DNA of 64,000 nt, from contig NC_083233.1 in assembly GCF_032191835.1 (NCBI RefSeq), positions 34,658,001 to 34,722,000 of the forward strand, written 5' to 3'. Below the pieces are notes generated by a model that worked only from the letters and a program-made list of their open reading frames with translations, was not told the origin of the DNA and searched no databases. Shown here one piece after another: positions 63,464 through 64,000 of this stretch (positions within the stretch are counted from its first letter, which is position 1; the number at the start of each line of letters is the position of its first letter). This DNA comes from Heteronotia binoei. Taxonomy: Eukaryota. Both the position numbers and the translations under genes were made by a program.

Positions 63464-63622
63464 ATGAAGGAGGATAAGGAGAATGCCAGGCCGAAGGAGA
63501 AGCGAGGCGGGCCTCTCACCCCGACGGGGCTAGGAGTTGCCATGGCCGGAGCGGACGCCAAAGGGGGCGGTGAGCCTGATAAGCTCGAGCGGCCTAAAGA
63601 AAAGAAAGAGACGCTCAGCAAG
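63464..63622 (+). CDS. UPF3B: UPF3B exon 1 (nonsense-mediated decay factor)
   Basis: MKEDKENARPKEKRGGPLTPTG...DKLERPKEKKETLSK resembles human MKEEKEHRPKEKRVTLLTPAG...DKQDRNKEKKEALSK; donor AAG|gtgcgg. Confidence 0.9.
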
Positions 63623-63878
63623 GTGCGGTCCTGCCTGCGCTCAGAGGGGCTGCCCCAGGTGGATGCAGTCGGGCGGTGGAGCTGTTCAGTGGACTCTGCT
63701 TATCCGGGCTGCGTTGTAGTTAGACTGTTTCTATGTCTGTAGAAAACTAGCACGTCAAGATGGACTCATCTCCTCGACGTGCAAGTTTTCTGGCTCTGAG
63801 GATTTTTGTTGCTGTTGGCGGGAGAGTAGACAAGCATACGAATTCCTGTGGCGCCTTCCGTACATTCAGTTGCTAAAA

Positions 63879-64000
63879 CAGGGGTGGCCACACTTGCTTA
63901 ATATAAAGGCCATACAGAATAAATGTCAGAGGTCTGGGAGCCACAAGACAAGCGTTTCAGATGCTTGAGAATTCCAAGACAAGGAAGGAAGGAAGGAAAA
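63879..64000 (+). mobile_element. hAT-type MITE left end (same family as 62033-62303), cut by the window end
   Basis: CAGGGGTGGCCA TIR and matching internal sequence. Confidence 0.75.

Overview
Vertebrate (squamate, most likely gecko, judged from SINE/MITE content) genomic DNA syntenic with human Xq24. Gene order: the last two coding exons of TMEM255A (+); ZBTB33/Kaiso (-, single coding exon); an unrecognised multi-exon candidate gene (-) packed into the ~4 kb between ZBTB33 and NKAP, where mammals carry RHOX genes; NKAP (+, 9 coding exons, 336 aa, GC-AG first intron); AKAP14 (-, 5 exons, 178 aa); a stand-alone signal-peptide/Reeler-domain/GPI-signal gene (+, 5 exons, 199 aa); NDUFA1 (-, 3 exons, 70 aa); and UPF3B exon 1 (+), head-to-head with NDUFA1 with no intervening RNF113A. 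Repeats: several hAT-type MITE families with 8-bp target-site duplications (some nested), tRNA- and 5S-derived SINEs, L2 and CR1 LINE fragments, a possible solo LTR, and Penelope-like elements. One Penelope-like element forms a 119-bp inverted repeat in NKAP intron 1 carrying an intact minimal hammerhead ribozyme core on each strand. Exon boundaries were derived by hand from splice signals and reading-frame continuity. Gene names rest on recalled similarity to human proteins; no database search was run.
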